The translations under genes were made by a program, and so were the position numbers. Below, in pieces: positions 9,728 to 17,801 of a stretch of 64,000 nucleotides of DNA (position 1 is the first letter of the stretch; the number at the start of each line of letters is the position of its first letter). The notes below the pieces were generated by a model. It was not told where the DNA came from. It did no database searches and saw only the letters and a list, made by a program, of their open reading frames with translations. The DNA comes from an uncultured Solirubrobacterales bacterium. Lineage in GTDB: Bacteria > Actinomycetota > Thermoleophilia > Solirubrobacterales > Solirubrobacteraceae. Where the stretch lies: NCBI GenBank assembly GCA_963830435.1, contig CAWHMA010000005.1:264021-328020 (forward strand), written 5' to 3'.

Positions 9728-10186
9728 TCAGCTCACGGTCAGGGTACCCACCATGCCACCGGCGCGATGCCCGGGAACGCTGCAGAAGAACGTGTAGGTG
9801 CCGGGCTTGAGGTTCACGGCGAGCGTCCTGGATCCTCCAGCGAAGGTCGGGGTTGCGCCGACGATGTGTCCGTTGGTCCCTTGCTGAATCGTGAGATTGT
9901 GTGGCTCAGGCGCGTGGTTGGCGAAGGCGATCGTCACTTTGCCGGCTTTGGCGCTGAGTGAGGTCTTGGTGAACTTCAGCGCCCCGCTGGGATCTGCCGC
10001 GACCGCAACTCCACCCGCGGCCGCCCCACCACTCGCCGGCGTGGACGGGGCTGCACTGCTCGCCGCTGTACTCGTCGAGGTCGGCGCGCTCGAGGCCTTC
10101 GAGCTGCTCGAGCTGCTGCTGCCGCATCCGACCAACAACACGGCGACGATCAACGGTGAGGCGGAGAGGAGCTTGGCTCTATGCAC
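9728..10186 (-). CDS. cupredoxin (plastocyanin/azurin-family) lipoprotein
   Basis: Lipobox LLVGCG, Ser/Ala-rich linker, Cu ligands EPHN...FFCSVPGHRAGGM. Confidence 0.8.
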   Translation of the reverse strand: MHRAKLLSASPLIVAVLLVGCGSSSSSSSKASSAPTSTSTAASSAAPSTPASGGAAAGGVAVAADPSGALKFTKTSLSAKAGKVTIAFANHAPEPHNLTIQQGTNGHIVGATPTFAGGSRTLAVNLKPGTYTFFCSVPGHRAGGMVGTLTVS

Positions 10187-10565
10187 TTGTTCTCCTAGGC
10201 AGGTCGGACGGCGAGATACGAGGAAGCCCGAGTTTACGGCAGCCGGCTGTCACCCTCGAACCTCCGCGGAGGTTACGCGACGAGCTCGGTGCACACCAGC
10301 ACCAGAGCTACGGGAGCTGCAGGAGCGGCTACTGCGGCGTTGACATGCTCCAACCGACGCCCTGGTGGCACGCGGCGGAGCCGCAATCGACCTGCGCGAC
10401 CCACATATCTTCTACGAGACTCGAGCTACGGTCCCGCCGCGGTCGACGCCGGTGAAGGCGCCAACAGTGGAATGCCGCGGGTCCAGCGAGCGGCGTAGGA
10501 GGGGGCAGCTGGTCGCTCCGAGCCGCGACTGGCTGCTTCTTGGCAAGAGGGCTAAGCTCGGTTGC

Positions 10566-10835
10566 GTGGACGATGATGCGATTCGCGCCTTGGTGATTCG
10601 CCTTTCGCGTGCGGACGCTTCCGGCGGCGACACGATCGAGCGCGCAGCGATCCTTGCGGAAGGGAGCGACCTGGCGCCGGTCGTGGCGTGGATCCTCGCT
10701 CGCGGCGGTACACCCGAGCCAGCGGCTGCTGCGGTCGCGGTGCGGGGCCTGCACAGCTCGCGGCTCAGCGGCAGCGATGAAACGCGAACGTCGCCGCCAC
10801 TGCGCTACGTGCTGCCGGCCGGCTCGCTGCGCTGA
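10566..10835 (+). CDS. hypothetical small protein
   Basis: GTG-initiated sub-ORF of 10365..10835 with high third-position GC. No recognisable domain. Confidence 0.3.
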   Translation: MDDDAIRALVIRLSRADASGGDTIERAAILAEGSDLAPVVAWILARGGTPEPAAAAVAVRGLHSSRLSGSDETRTSPPLRYVLPAGSLR

Positions 10836-10945
10836 CAGGCACGCGGCGTCTCGGGTGCGGTACCCGCTGCAGTCCGGCGGCGCCAGCGGCCCTGGCCGCT
10901 TGTCGACATCAAAGCCCATCTTTCCCTCATCGTAAGGCGTGCCGC

Positions 10946-11386
10946 CTACTTCGTCCGGTAACCGTGCGTTGCCCTCTTGATCCCGCCGGCGTTCGCGAGC
11001 TGGGTCAGGCGGCTTGAGACAGTTCCGGGATTGAGGTTCAGGCCCCTCGCGAGATCCCCCGCGGTGCTCCCCGGATGCCGGGCGAGGAAGTCGATGATGC
11101 TCGCCTCGGCGTCGCCTTGACGGCTGCGCGCGGTCGCACGCCTCTTGCTCGCGCGCCGGGCAGTCGCACGGCGAACCGAGCGAGCCGGAGCGGCCGCAGC
11201 TGAGCCGCCACTGTGGGGGTGCGACTCCTTGATCTGCTGCTCGGCGTCTACGACCGCCGATCCCATACGCTCATCAAGCTGACGAGCGCCATGCTCGTTG
11301 GCGAGCGTCCGCGACCGGGCGTGCTCGGCGAGCGTGACCTCAGGGTCACGCCCTGAAACTGCGGTTAGGACCTCATCTCGGGGCAT
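10946..11386 (-). CDS. winged-helix DNA-binding protein with basic linker
   Basis: C-terminal IIDFLARHPGSTAGDLARGLNLNPGTVSSRLTQLANAG wHTH pattern. SD GAAGGAG lies upstream of ATG 11386. Confidence 0.6.
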   Translation of the reverse strand: MPRDEVLTAVSGRDPEVTLAEHARSRTLANEHGARQLDERMGSAVVDAEQQIKESHPHSGGSAAAAPARSVRRATARRASKRRATARSRQGDAEASIIDFLARHPGSTAGDLARGLNLNPGTVSSRLTQLANAGGIKRATHGYRTK

Positions 11387-12566
11387 ATCCGCTCCTTCGT
11401 TCGTCGGAAATGCGGCGTCGGTACGCCGTGCTAGTCGTACGATTCGTCAGATACGCGTGGCGGGGATCGCTTGGACCATGCGGGGTCTGCTTTGGTCGGG
11501 TGCTATCTGCTCGCCGCGCGTTCAGACGTCCATGGGCATCCAGCGCGTGGAGAGCTGCTGCGATCCACGATCGCGATCGCGCGCGCCCCGACTGCACGCT
11601 GCCAAGTTCTGTTCCGTGCTGGTCATGGGTTTTGTGCCTTCCCGTCCCTCCGTTGGGTCCACGCTCAAGGAAGAGGGCTAGAACCCCCGCGCGTTCAATG
11701 AGATAGAGACGCGACCACCTGGCCGGTGGTGTAACGCCGGTAGAAGTACGGCACCGGCCCCGCAGTCAAAACCAGTACCCGCCGCCCCATGCCTCGTGGC
11801 GCAAGAGCGCCGTCGGTAGACCTCGGGCTTGGGCTGAGAATCCTGGCCGCAGGGCCAGCTCCTGTTCAACAGTACTCCTATTGGAGGCACCCGTGTGGAC
11901 GCAACCGAAAGAGCCTTCGCAAGCATTCGATTGCACGCCCGGGGCGCATCGCGGCCAGCCGGCCCTCGACGAGACCCGCCATGCGAGGGTCGCCGATGCC
12001 AAACCAGCTCAGCAACAGCGAACACGCCGAACAAGACAGCCCGTGCGAGCTGAACGCCGTCGCGTGCCACCCAACCACAGCACCAGGCCAGCGCTCCAGG
12101 GTCGGGGAGGATCGCAGCAGCCACGCCCACAACGCCCGGCCTGAGCGCACCCAGCACGACAAGCTCTCGGCCGCGTCGCCGCTGCTAACCGGCCAAGCAG
12201 CACAGCTGCGACGGCGCTGGCGATGACGTCAGCTGGCGGCGGCGGGCGCCGCCTGCTTTTGTGATCGGCCAGCGTTGCTCAGCCGCAGCGCCCTCCTCTC
12301 AGTTGAGCGCAACTGAGGGAAGAACGCCAAACCCCACCGGACGCGCGGCGCTTCCCCGCCTTTCGCCAGCGGGGTGCGGCCCACCGGTTGCAAGTAGGTC
12401 GCGATGTAGGCCTGCGGGAACGGCCGCAGCAACCGTCGCATCTGGCTTTCCCATCACCGACGTGTATACCGCTCGGGAGCTCTTTCCCGTGAGGAGTGCA
12501 GCGACGGTCGGCCAACCTGCCGCCGGCGGGCCCTCTCACTGTTTTCTGCCGCGATATGGTGTGCTT

Positions 12567-12617
12567 GAGCGATGAGGCTCGCTCCATAACCGCGGTCCGC
12601 CGCTGATGGCCTCTACG
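12567..12617 (+). promoter_or_regulatory. fluoride riboswitch (crcB motif) aptamer
   Basis: GAGCGAUGAGGCUCGCUCCAUAACCGCGGUCCGCCGCUGAUGGCCUCUACG closely matches the crcB-motif consensus (GCGAUGAGGC..CGC...AAC.GC....GCUGAUGGCCUCUAC). It lies 35 nt upstream of an antiporter-crcB-crcB-DUF190 operon. Confidence 0.9.
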
Positions 12618-12651
12618 ACATCGTCAACCGACGCATCGTGGAGGTCCGCAA

Positions 12652-13854
12652 ATGGAGCCAGTCGAACTCGCGGCGATTCTCTCAGGAGCGGTGCTGCTGG
12701 CGAGCATCGTGTCGGTCGAAATCGGGGTCTCCGTCGCACTGATCGAGCTCGCGCTGGGTGGCGGGATCGGTAACGCATTCAGTCTGAATCCGAATGCAAG
12801 CTGGCTCGTCTTCATTGCCAGCTTCGCCTCGGTCGTGCTGACGTTCCTGGCTGGAGCGGAGGTCGATCCGGATGACTTCCGCGAGCGCTTCTGGGCTTCG
12901 ACAACGATCGGGGTGGTGTCGTTCGCAGGCCCGTTTGTCGTCACTTCGTTGATTGCCGCGGGGCCCTTAGGATGGACAACGAAGGCGGCTCTAATCGCTG
13001 GCACGGCGCTTTCCACGACGAGCCTTGCGGTTGTGTACGCCGTTCTCGTGGAGACGGGGCTCAACACGATCCGAGTCGGAAAGCTGATCATGAGCGCATG
13101 CTTCGTGACAGACATGTGCACGGTGATCGCTCTGTCGGCGATCTTCATCAAGCCAACCGCTTGGTTCCCGGTGTTCCTGGTCGTATCAGTCGCGCTGATC
13201 GCGGTGCTGCCCCAGCTCGCTCCTTGGTTCTTCGGTCGGTACGGGGATCGTGTGATCGAGCCGGAGATCAAGCTCGTGTTCGCGATCTTGTTCGTGCTGA
13301 TGGTGTTAGGCAGCAAGGCGAACAGCCAGGCGGTGCTGCCGGCGTTTGTGCTCGGGCTGGTGATGAGCCGCCACTACCGGCAGCATCGAAAGGAGCAGGA
13401 ACGTCTGCGGGTGGTTGCGTTCGCGTTTCTGACCCCGTTCTTCTTCCTCCGTGGCGGGTTGAACGTCAGCCTGGGGGCTGTGTTCGCGAACTTGGGTGTG
13501 GTCGCGGTTTTGGCGGCGGCGAAGCTGGTGCCGAAGTTCGGGCTGATATTCCCGCTCGCCCGCCGTGGGGTGCCGGAGCACCCAATGTTCACGACGCTGC
13601 TCATGAGCACGGGGCTGACGTTCGGGACGATCAGCTCGCTCTACGGGCTGAACGCGCACATCATCAATCGCATGCAGTTCTCGCTGCTGGTCACGGTGGT
13701 AGTTCTGTCGGCGATCGTGCCGACTGCGATCGCACAACGCCGGTTCAGCCCTGTCGTCGAGACGGAAGGTCTACGCGATCGCGGCCCCGATGCTGGCCTG
13801 ACCCCGCGACCCGCAGCCCCGCTTTCTGCGCCTGCGGAGGGAGCGGCAGGATGA
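12652..13854 (+). CDS. cation:proton antiporter (Na+/H+ exchanger family)
   Basis: 400-aa polytopic membrane protein with a typical CPA N-terminus (LLASIVSVEIGVSVALIELALGGGIGN). SD GGAGG lies 7 nt before the ATG. Confidence 0.85.
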   Translation: MEPVELAAILSGAVLLASIVSVEIGVSVALIELALGGGIGNAFSLNPNASWLVFIASFASVVLTFLAGAEVDPDDFRERFWASTTIGVVSFAGPFVVTSLIAAGPLGWTTKAALIAGTALSTTSLAVVYAVLVETGLNTIRVGKLIMSACFVTDMCTVIALSAIFIKPTAWFPVFLVVSVALIAVLPQLAPWFFGRYGDRVIEPEIKLVFAILFVLMVLGSKANSQAVLPAFVLGLVMSRHYRQHRKEQERLRVVAFAFLTPFFFLRGGLNVSLGAVFANLGVVAVLAAAKLVPKFGLIFPLARRGVPEHPMFTTLLMSTGLTFGTISSLYGLNAHIINRMQFSLLVTVVVLSAIVPTAIAQRRFSPVVETEGLRDRGPDAGLTPRPAAPLSAPAEGAAG

Positions 13855-14142
13855 GGCTCGATTGCCAGACACGGCAGGCCCAGCCCGTTATCGTCGTGTT
13901 CGATTCATGCCGGCTGTAAGCGAATGGTGGTGGCCGTGGGCGGGCTCGACGGCATTACGCCGCGACCGCCGGCGCGATTGCCGCGATCCTGCTCGTTGGC
14001 GGGTTTCTGCTCGGTTGGGACGCCGGGTGGCGCCCGTGATCTCGGCATGATCGCGTTCGGGTATGGGCTCGGCGTAGCCGTCGCTGCAGTGTTTCTCGCC
14101 CTCGGATATGAGCCTCCGCGCCGCAAGAAGTGAGGGTGGTCG

Positions 14143-14538
14143 GTGGAACTTGACCGCCGCGAGCTCGCGGCCATTTTTGCTGGCGGATTCGCCGGTGCGA
14201 TCGCCCGCGCCGAATTGGCTCAGGCCCTCCCGAGCAGCACCAATGAGTGGCCGTGGGCGACCTTCGGCGTGAACATCGTGGGGGCGTTCGCGCTCGGCTA
14301 TTTCACCACTCGCCTGCAGGAGCGGCTGCCGCTGTCGGCGTACCGTCGGCCGCTGCTCGGCACCGGCTTCTGTGGTGGATTGACGACGTTCTCAACGATG
14401 CAGGTCGAGCTGCTGAAGATGCTGGATGGCGGACGAATTGCGCTCGCCGCGACCTATGCCCTGGTGAGCGTCGTTGTCGGCTTTGCTGCAGTGGCCGTCG
14501 CCACTAATCTCGTCCGCCGAGCACGGCTGACCGGATGA
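14143..14538 (+). CDS. crcB: fluoride channel CrcB/Fluc subunit 1
   Basis: 131 aa with 4 [14 protein letters not shown] signature. Confidence 0.9.
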   Translation: MELDRRELAAIFAGGFAGAIARAELAQALPSSTNEWPWATFGVNIVGAFALGYFTTRLQERLPLSAYRRPLLGTGFCGGLTTFSTMQVELLKMLDGGRIALAATYALVSVVVGFAAVAVATNLVRRARLTG

Positions 14539-14900
14539 GCCTGCTCGTCGTCCTCGGCATCGGCCTGCTCGGTGGAGCCGGAGCGGTCGCCCGATTCCTC
14601 TTGGACGGTCGCGTGTCTGAGAACGTAGGCCGTGAGTTCCCGTATGGAACGCTGGCGGTCAACATCCTGGGGTCCTTTCTCCTCGGGGTGTTCGTCGGGG
14701 CCACGCTCGGCAACGATGCCTACCGATTGGCTGGCACCGGCCTGATCGGTGCGTTCACCACATTCAGCACGTGGACCCTTGAGAGCCACCGCCTCGGCGA
14801 GGACGGTCGCCTGCGTATCGGGGCGCTGAACTTCGCGCTCAGCCTTGTCTTGGGCGTCAGCGCCGCCTGGCTCGGCCGCCACCTAGGAGCGACGCTGTGA
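14535..14900 (+). CDS. crcB: fluoride channel CrcB/Fluc subunit 2
   Basis: 121 aa. GAFTTFSTW signature. 4-nt overlap with the first crcB (heterodimer-type pair). Confidence 0.9.
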   Translation: MSLLVVLGIGLLGGAGAVARFLLDGRVSENVGREFPYGTLAVNILGSFLLGVFVGATLGNDAYRLAGTGLIGAFTTFSTWTLESHRLGEDGRLRIGALNFALSLVLGVSAAWLGRHLGATL

Positions 14901-15970
14901 ACGAGGACTGCCTCAAGCTCACGACCTATTTTGGCGAACGGGATCGGGTCAACGGCGGCTTTCTCGCCGATGCGTTCACCGAGATCTTCGTCCGCCACGA
15001 GTTGCAGACGAGTCTGCTGATGCGCGGTGTCGAGGGCTTCGGGGTCAAGCATCACCTTCACACCGACAGGCTGCTGACGCTCTCGGAGGACCTGCCGTTA
15101 GTGTCGGTCGCCGTCGACACGCGAACGCGGATCGAAACTGCGCTGGCGGAAATCAACCAGCTGCGTTTCAACGGACTGGTCACGCTCGAGCGGGCCCGCA
15201 TGATGACCGGCCAGATCGATGGCCTCGACCTTCCGCCAGAGCTTCGGGAGGCGACGAAGCTCACGGTCTATGTCGGCCGGCAGGAGCGAGTCGGTAACCA
15301 AGCGGCATATGAGGCAATCGTCGATCTGCTGCACAAACGTGGCGTCGCGGGAGCTACGGTGCTGCTCGGGGTCGACGGAACGGCGCATGGTGTTCGTGAG
15401 CGCGCGAGGTTCTTCGGACGCAATGCGCAGGTGCCGCTGATGGTGATTGCCGTTGGCGAGGGCGAGCACATCGGCGCGCTACTGCCCGAGCTCGGGCAGA
15501 TGCTCGCCCGGCCGCTGGTCACGCTAGAGCGCGTGCGAGTCTGCAAACGCGACGGACAGCGGCTCAGCGAACCCCGCCACCTTCCCGAGACGGACGCCTC
15601 AGGGCTGGGCGTTTGGCAGAAGCTAATGGTCCACACCGGCGAGCGATCATGCCACCAGGGCCACCCGCTGCACGATCAACTGGTCCGCCGCCTCCGTGCG
15701 GCTGGGGCAGCCGGCGCGACCACCCTTCGGGGGATCTGGGGATACCACGGAGACCACCAGCCGCACGGCGACACGTTCTGGCAACTGCAACGCCGCGTCC
15801 CGATCCTGACCGTGATCATCGACACACCCAAACGGATCCGCGATTGGTTTTCGATCGTCGACGAGCTCACCGATGAGGCGGGTTTCGTCACCAGCGAGAT
15901 GATCCCGGCCTTCCGAGCCACCGGCCCGGACATCGACCGCGGCGGACTGAAACTCGCCGGGCCGCTCTGA
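14897..15970 (+). CDS. triple-DUF190 (PII-like fold) protein
   Basis: Three consecutive ~105-aa DUF190-like repeats: KLTTYFGERDRVNG...GVEGFG...LSEDLPLVSVAVD; KLTVYVGRQERVGN...GATVLLGVDG...VPLMVIAVG; KLMVHTGERSCHQG...GATTLRGIWGYHG...VPILTVIID. 4-nt overlap with crcB. Confidence 0.8.
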   Translation: MNEDCLKLTTYFGERDRVNGGFLADAFTEIFVRHELQTSLLMRGVEGFGVKHHLHTDRLLTLSEDLPLVSVAVDTRTRIETALAEINQLRFNGLVTLERARMMTGQIDGLDLPPELREATKLTVYVGRQERVGNQAAYEAIVDLLHKRGVAGATVLLGVDGTAHGVRERARFFGRNAQVPLMVIAVGEGEHIGALLPELGQMLARPLVTLERVRVCKRDGQRLSEPRHLPETDASGLGVWQKLMVHTGERSCHQGHPLHDQLVRRLRAAGAAGATTLRGIWGYHGDHQPHGDTFWQLQRRVPILTVIIDTPKRIRDWFSIVDELTDEAGFVTSEMIPAFRATGPDIDRGGLKLAGPL

Positions 15971-15990
15971 CAACCCCAGGGGCGATTTGA

Positions 15991-16280
15991 TCAGCTCGGA
16001 CTTGAGAGCAGGCTGGCCGCCGCGAGGGCAGCCAGGATCGCCAGCGGAGCGAGCAACACCCCGCGAGCGGAGAACGCCCTGATCGAGGGCCTCGCGCCGA
16101 CCTGCCGGCCGCCCGAATCCACAGGTAGGCCGACAGCGAGCCGGTGACGGCCAGGTTCGGGCCGATGTTCAGGCCGATGAGCAGAGCCCGCGGATGCGGG
16201 AGGCTCCGTGCGGAGAGCAGCACCGTCGCCGGCAGGTTGTTCACCACAACAGCCGCGACCGCAGCGATCGCCGCCGTCTC
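15991..16280 (-). pseudogene. C-terminal fragment of an ArsB/NhaD-type permease, frameshifted
   Basis: AAVVVNNLPATVLLS...LLIGLNIGPNLAVTGSLSAYLWIR matches the permease C-terminal region. The expected hydrophobic tail (VLLAPLAILAALAAASLL-stop) is in a different frame. No N-terminal ~300 aa is present. Confidence 0.5.
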
Positions 16281-16490
16281 CCTAGCAGGCTCGATCTCTG
16301 GGGCAGGGGCGGGCGGAGTAGGTCTGAGAGTCGGGTCTAAAGGAACGGGAGGAAGGCTGGGGAGTAGGTTGCTGGCGGTGCGACGGGAGAGGATCACCGG
16401 AGAGGCGATCCATTCGACTACTGCGTGAAGCAAATGGGAGGGCGCGCGACTTGCTTAGGAGGCCGCACGTTCCCGAGCTTCATCAGCGCT

Positions 16491-16883
16491 TCACTCGTCG
16501 ACGGCTGTTGCGAGAGCCCACGCAGCTGAGGCGAGGTTCCCGAAGGCGTACGCGATCGCTGAGACGCTCACACCCGTGCGCGCGCGCGACAGAGCCTCGA
16601 TCGCGTCATCGAAGCGCGCCCACACTGGAGCCGGCGCCAGCGCTCCGCGCCATGAAGCCGCGCGAAGTTCGGCGGGCGGTCGCCACGGAGGTCCGGACCG
16701 CCAGCCAAAGCCCTGCTCATCGGCGTAGCGATAGGCCGCCTGCTCCTGAGCCGCGGCGTCCGCGAGGGCGCGAAGCCGACGAGAGAAGCCGGCGTCCGGA
16801 GGCGGCTGGGCATGGTCGCCGACCGCGGCCTCCCAGCGGCCCTCGGAGATCGCCAGCTGCTCTCTAGCCAGGTCAACGCTCAT
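16491..16883 (-). CDS. hypothetical protein (helical, no recognised domain)
   Basis: Sub-ORF starting at MSVDLAREQ. It overlaps the stop of the upstream HTH gene by 11 nt, suggesting co-transcription. Confidence 0.4.
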   Translation of the reverse strand: MSVDLAREQLAISEGRWEAAVGDHAQPPPDAGFSRRLRALADAAAQEQAAYRYADEQGFGWRSGPPWRPPAELRAASWRGALAPAPVWARFDDAIEALSRARTGVSVSAIAYAFGNLASAAWALATAVDE

Positions 16884-17121
16884 GTGGCTCCAACAGGTGC
16901 TTGCTGAAGGATGGATCCTCCGAGGGCTCGTCGAGCGGAGAACCAACCTCGCCGGTGCCGGCGAGGAAGCGGTCGAGGTCGGAACCTCGGACCAACCACC
17001 TACGCGGGCCGGCCTTCGTAGCGCTGAGACGACCCGAGCCGATCCAGCGCCTGACGGTGAGCACGCTCACGTGAAGCCTCTCGGCCACCTGCGCCGGCGT
17101 CAGGTAGTCCGCGTCAGGCAT
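16873..17121 (-). CDS. excisionase-family (MerR-like HTH_17) DNA-binding protein
   Basis: YLTPAQVAERLHVSVLTVRRWIGSGRLSATKAGPRRWLVRGSDLDRFL is a typical excisionase-type HTH. Confidence 0.7.
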   Translation of the reverse strand: MPDADYLTPAQVAERLHVSVLTVRRWIGSGRLSATKAGPRRWLVRGSDLDRFLAGTGEVGSPLDEPSEDPSFSKHLLEPHER

Positions 17122-17190
17122 AGGACCGCGAAGTGGAAGAGGTACGTTGAAGCACGTGAAGTATCGTTATGATACCTAAGACGATGCTGG

Positions 17191-17541
17191 ATGCGCCTCG
17201 TAGCAAGGATGGTCCGGATGGAACCGTCTGCCGGTGAGAGGCTCCTAGCGGAGCTGGCCAAGGCTGTGCCGATGTCTCTCGATGATGAGGCGCTCGAATC
17301 GCTGGCAGAACGTTTGGCGCCGCGGCTCGCGCGTCGGCTCCAGTCCGTGGGACGCCCGTCCGACGAGTGGCTGACCGCGAAGGCGGCCGCTCAACATCTG
17401 GGCATCTCAGTCACCGCGCTCCACAAGCTCACGTCGGCTCGCATGATCCCGTTTGAGCAGGACGGCCCCGGGTGCAAGCTCTGGTTCCGGCGCGCTGAAC
17501 TGGACTCGTGGCGGCGCTCCGGTGGCACTCGCGCACGCTAG
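17191..17541 (+). CDS. HTH_17/excisionase-type DNA-binding protein
   Basis: C-terminal WLTAKAAAQHLGISVTALHKLTSARMIPFEQDGPGCKLWFRRAELDSW. Divergent from 16873..17121. Confidence 0.6.
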   Translation: MRLVARMVRMEPSAGERLLAELAKAVPMSLDDEALESLAERLAPRLARRLQSVGRPSDEWLTAKAAAQHLGISVTALHKLTSARMIPFEQDGPGCKLWFRRAELDSWRRSGGTRAR

Positions 17542-17595
17542 CGCTTCCAAAATGCTTCCAAACCGACCTTCGGACGTTGTCGCGGATCGCTCCTG

Positions 17596-17628
17596 AAAAA
17601 CGAAAACCCCGCTTGAGCGGGGCTTTCT
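17596..17628. terminator. bidirectional intrinsic terminator hairpin
   Basis: AAAAACGAAAA-CCCCGC-TTGA-GCGGGG-CTTTCT. A GC stem is flanked by an A-run and a T-rich run, so it serves the + strand HTH gene and the - strand tRNA. Confidence 0.65.
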
Positions 17629-17632
17629 GGAG

Positions 17633-17704
17633 TGGGCACGGCTGGGCTCGAACCAGCGACCTCTCGCGTGTGAAGCGAGCGCTCTCCCGCTGAGCTACGC
17701 GCCC
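17633..17704 (-). tRNA. tRNA-Val (anticodon CAC)
   Basis: The reverse complement folds as a cloverleaf: acceptor GGGCGCG/CGUGCCC, D arm GCUC/GAGC, anticodon stem CUCGC/GCGAG with loop UUCACAC, T arm GCUGG-UUCGAGC-CCAGC. CCA is not encoded. Confidence 0.9.
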
Positions 17705-17801
17705 GGGAAGGGGAAATTCTACGCCCCTACGAGCAGAGTCAGGGGGCTGGCGCGCCCGGATACCGACCGCTTGCCATCGGTTCCCTTTGGACGCCCGCCG
17801 C

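Noticed and set aside
10259-10274. Perfect 16-bp palindrome AACCTCCGCGGAGGTT about 75 bp upstream of the cupredoxin lipoprotein gene
   Set aside because: About one perfect 16-bp palindrome is expected by chance in 64 kb (more with GC bias), and no partner regulator is adjacent. Kept only as a note; it could still be an operator.
10329-10919. 196-aa minus-strand ORF
   Set aside because: It has no motifs and Arg/Ala/Pro-rich composition, and it overlaps a plus-strand ORF with better codon bias. Neither is strongly supported.
13862-14142. Small ORFs between the antiporter and crcB (for example 13924..14133, ending ...MIAFGYGLGVAVAAVFLALGYEPPRRKK)
   Set aside because: A tiny TM peptide is conceivable, but there is no clear SD or conserved motif. 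It cannot be supported from sequence alone.
10200-17700. Intact prophage or integrative element next to tRNA-Val
   Set aside because: No integrase, transposase, replication or structural genes were recognised, and I could not find a repeat of the tRNA 3-prime end by eye. Only relic-level evidence remains (see finding at 15991-17704).
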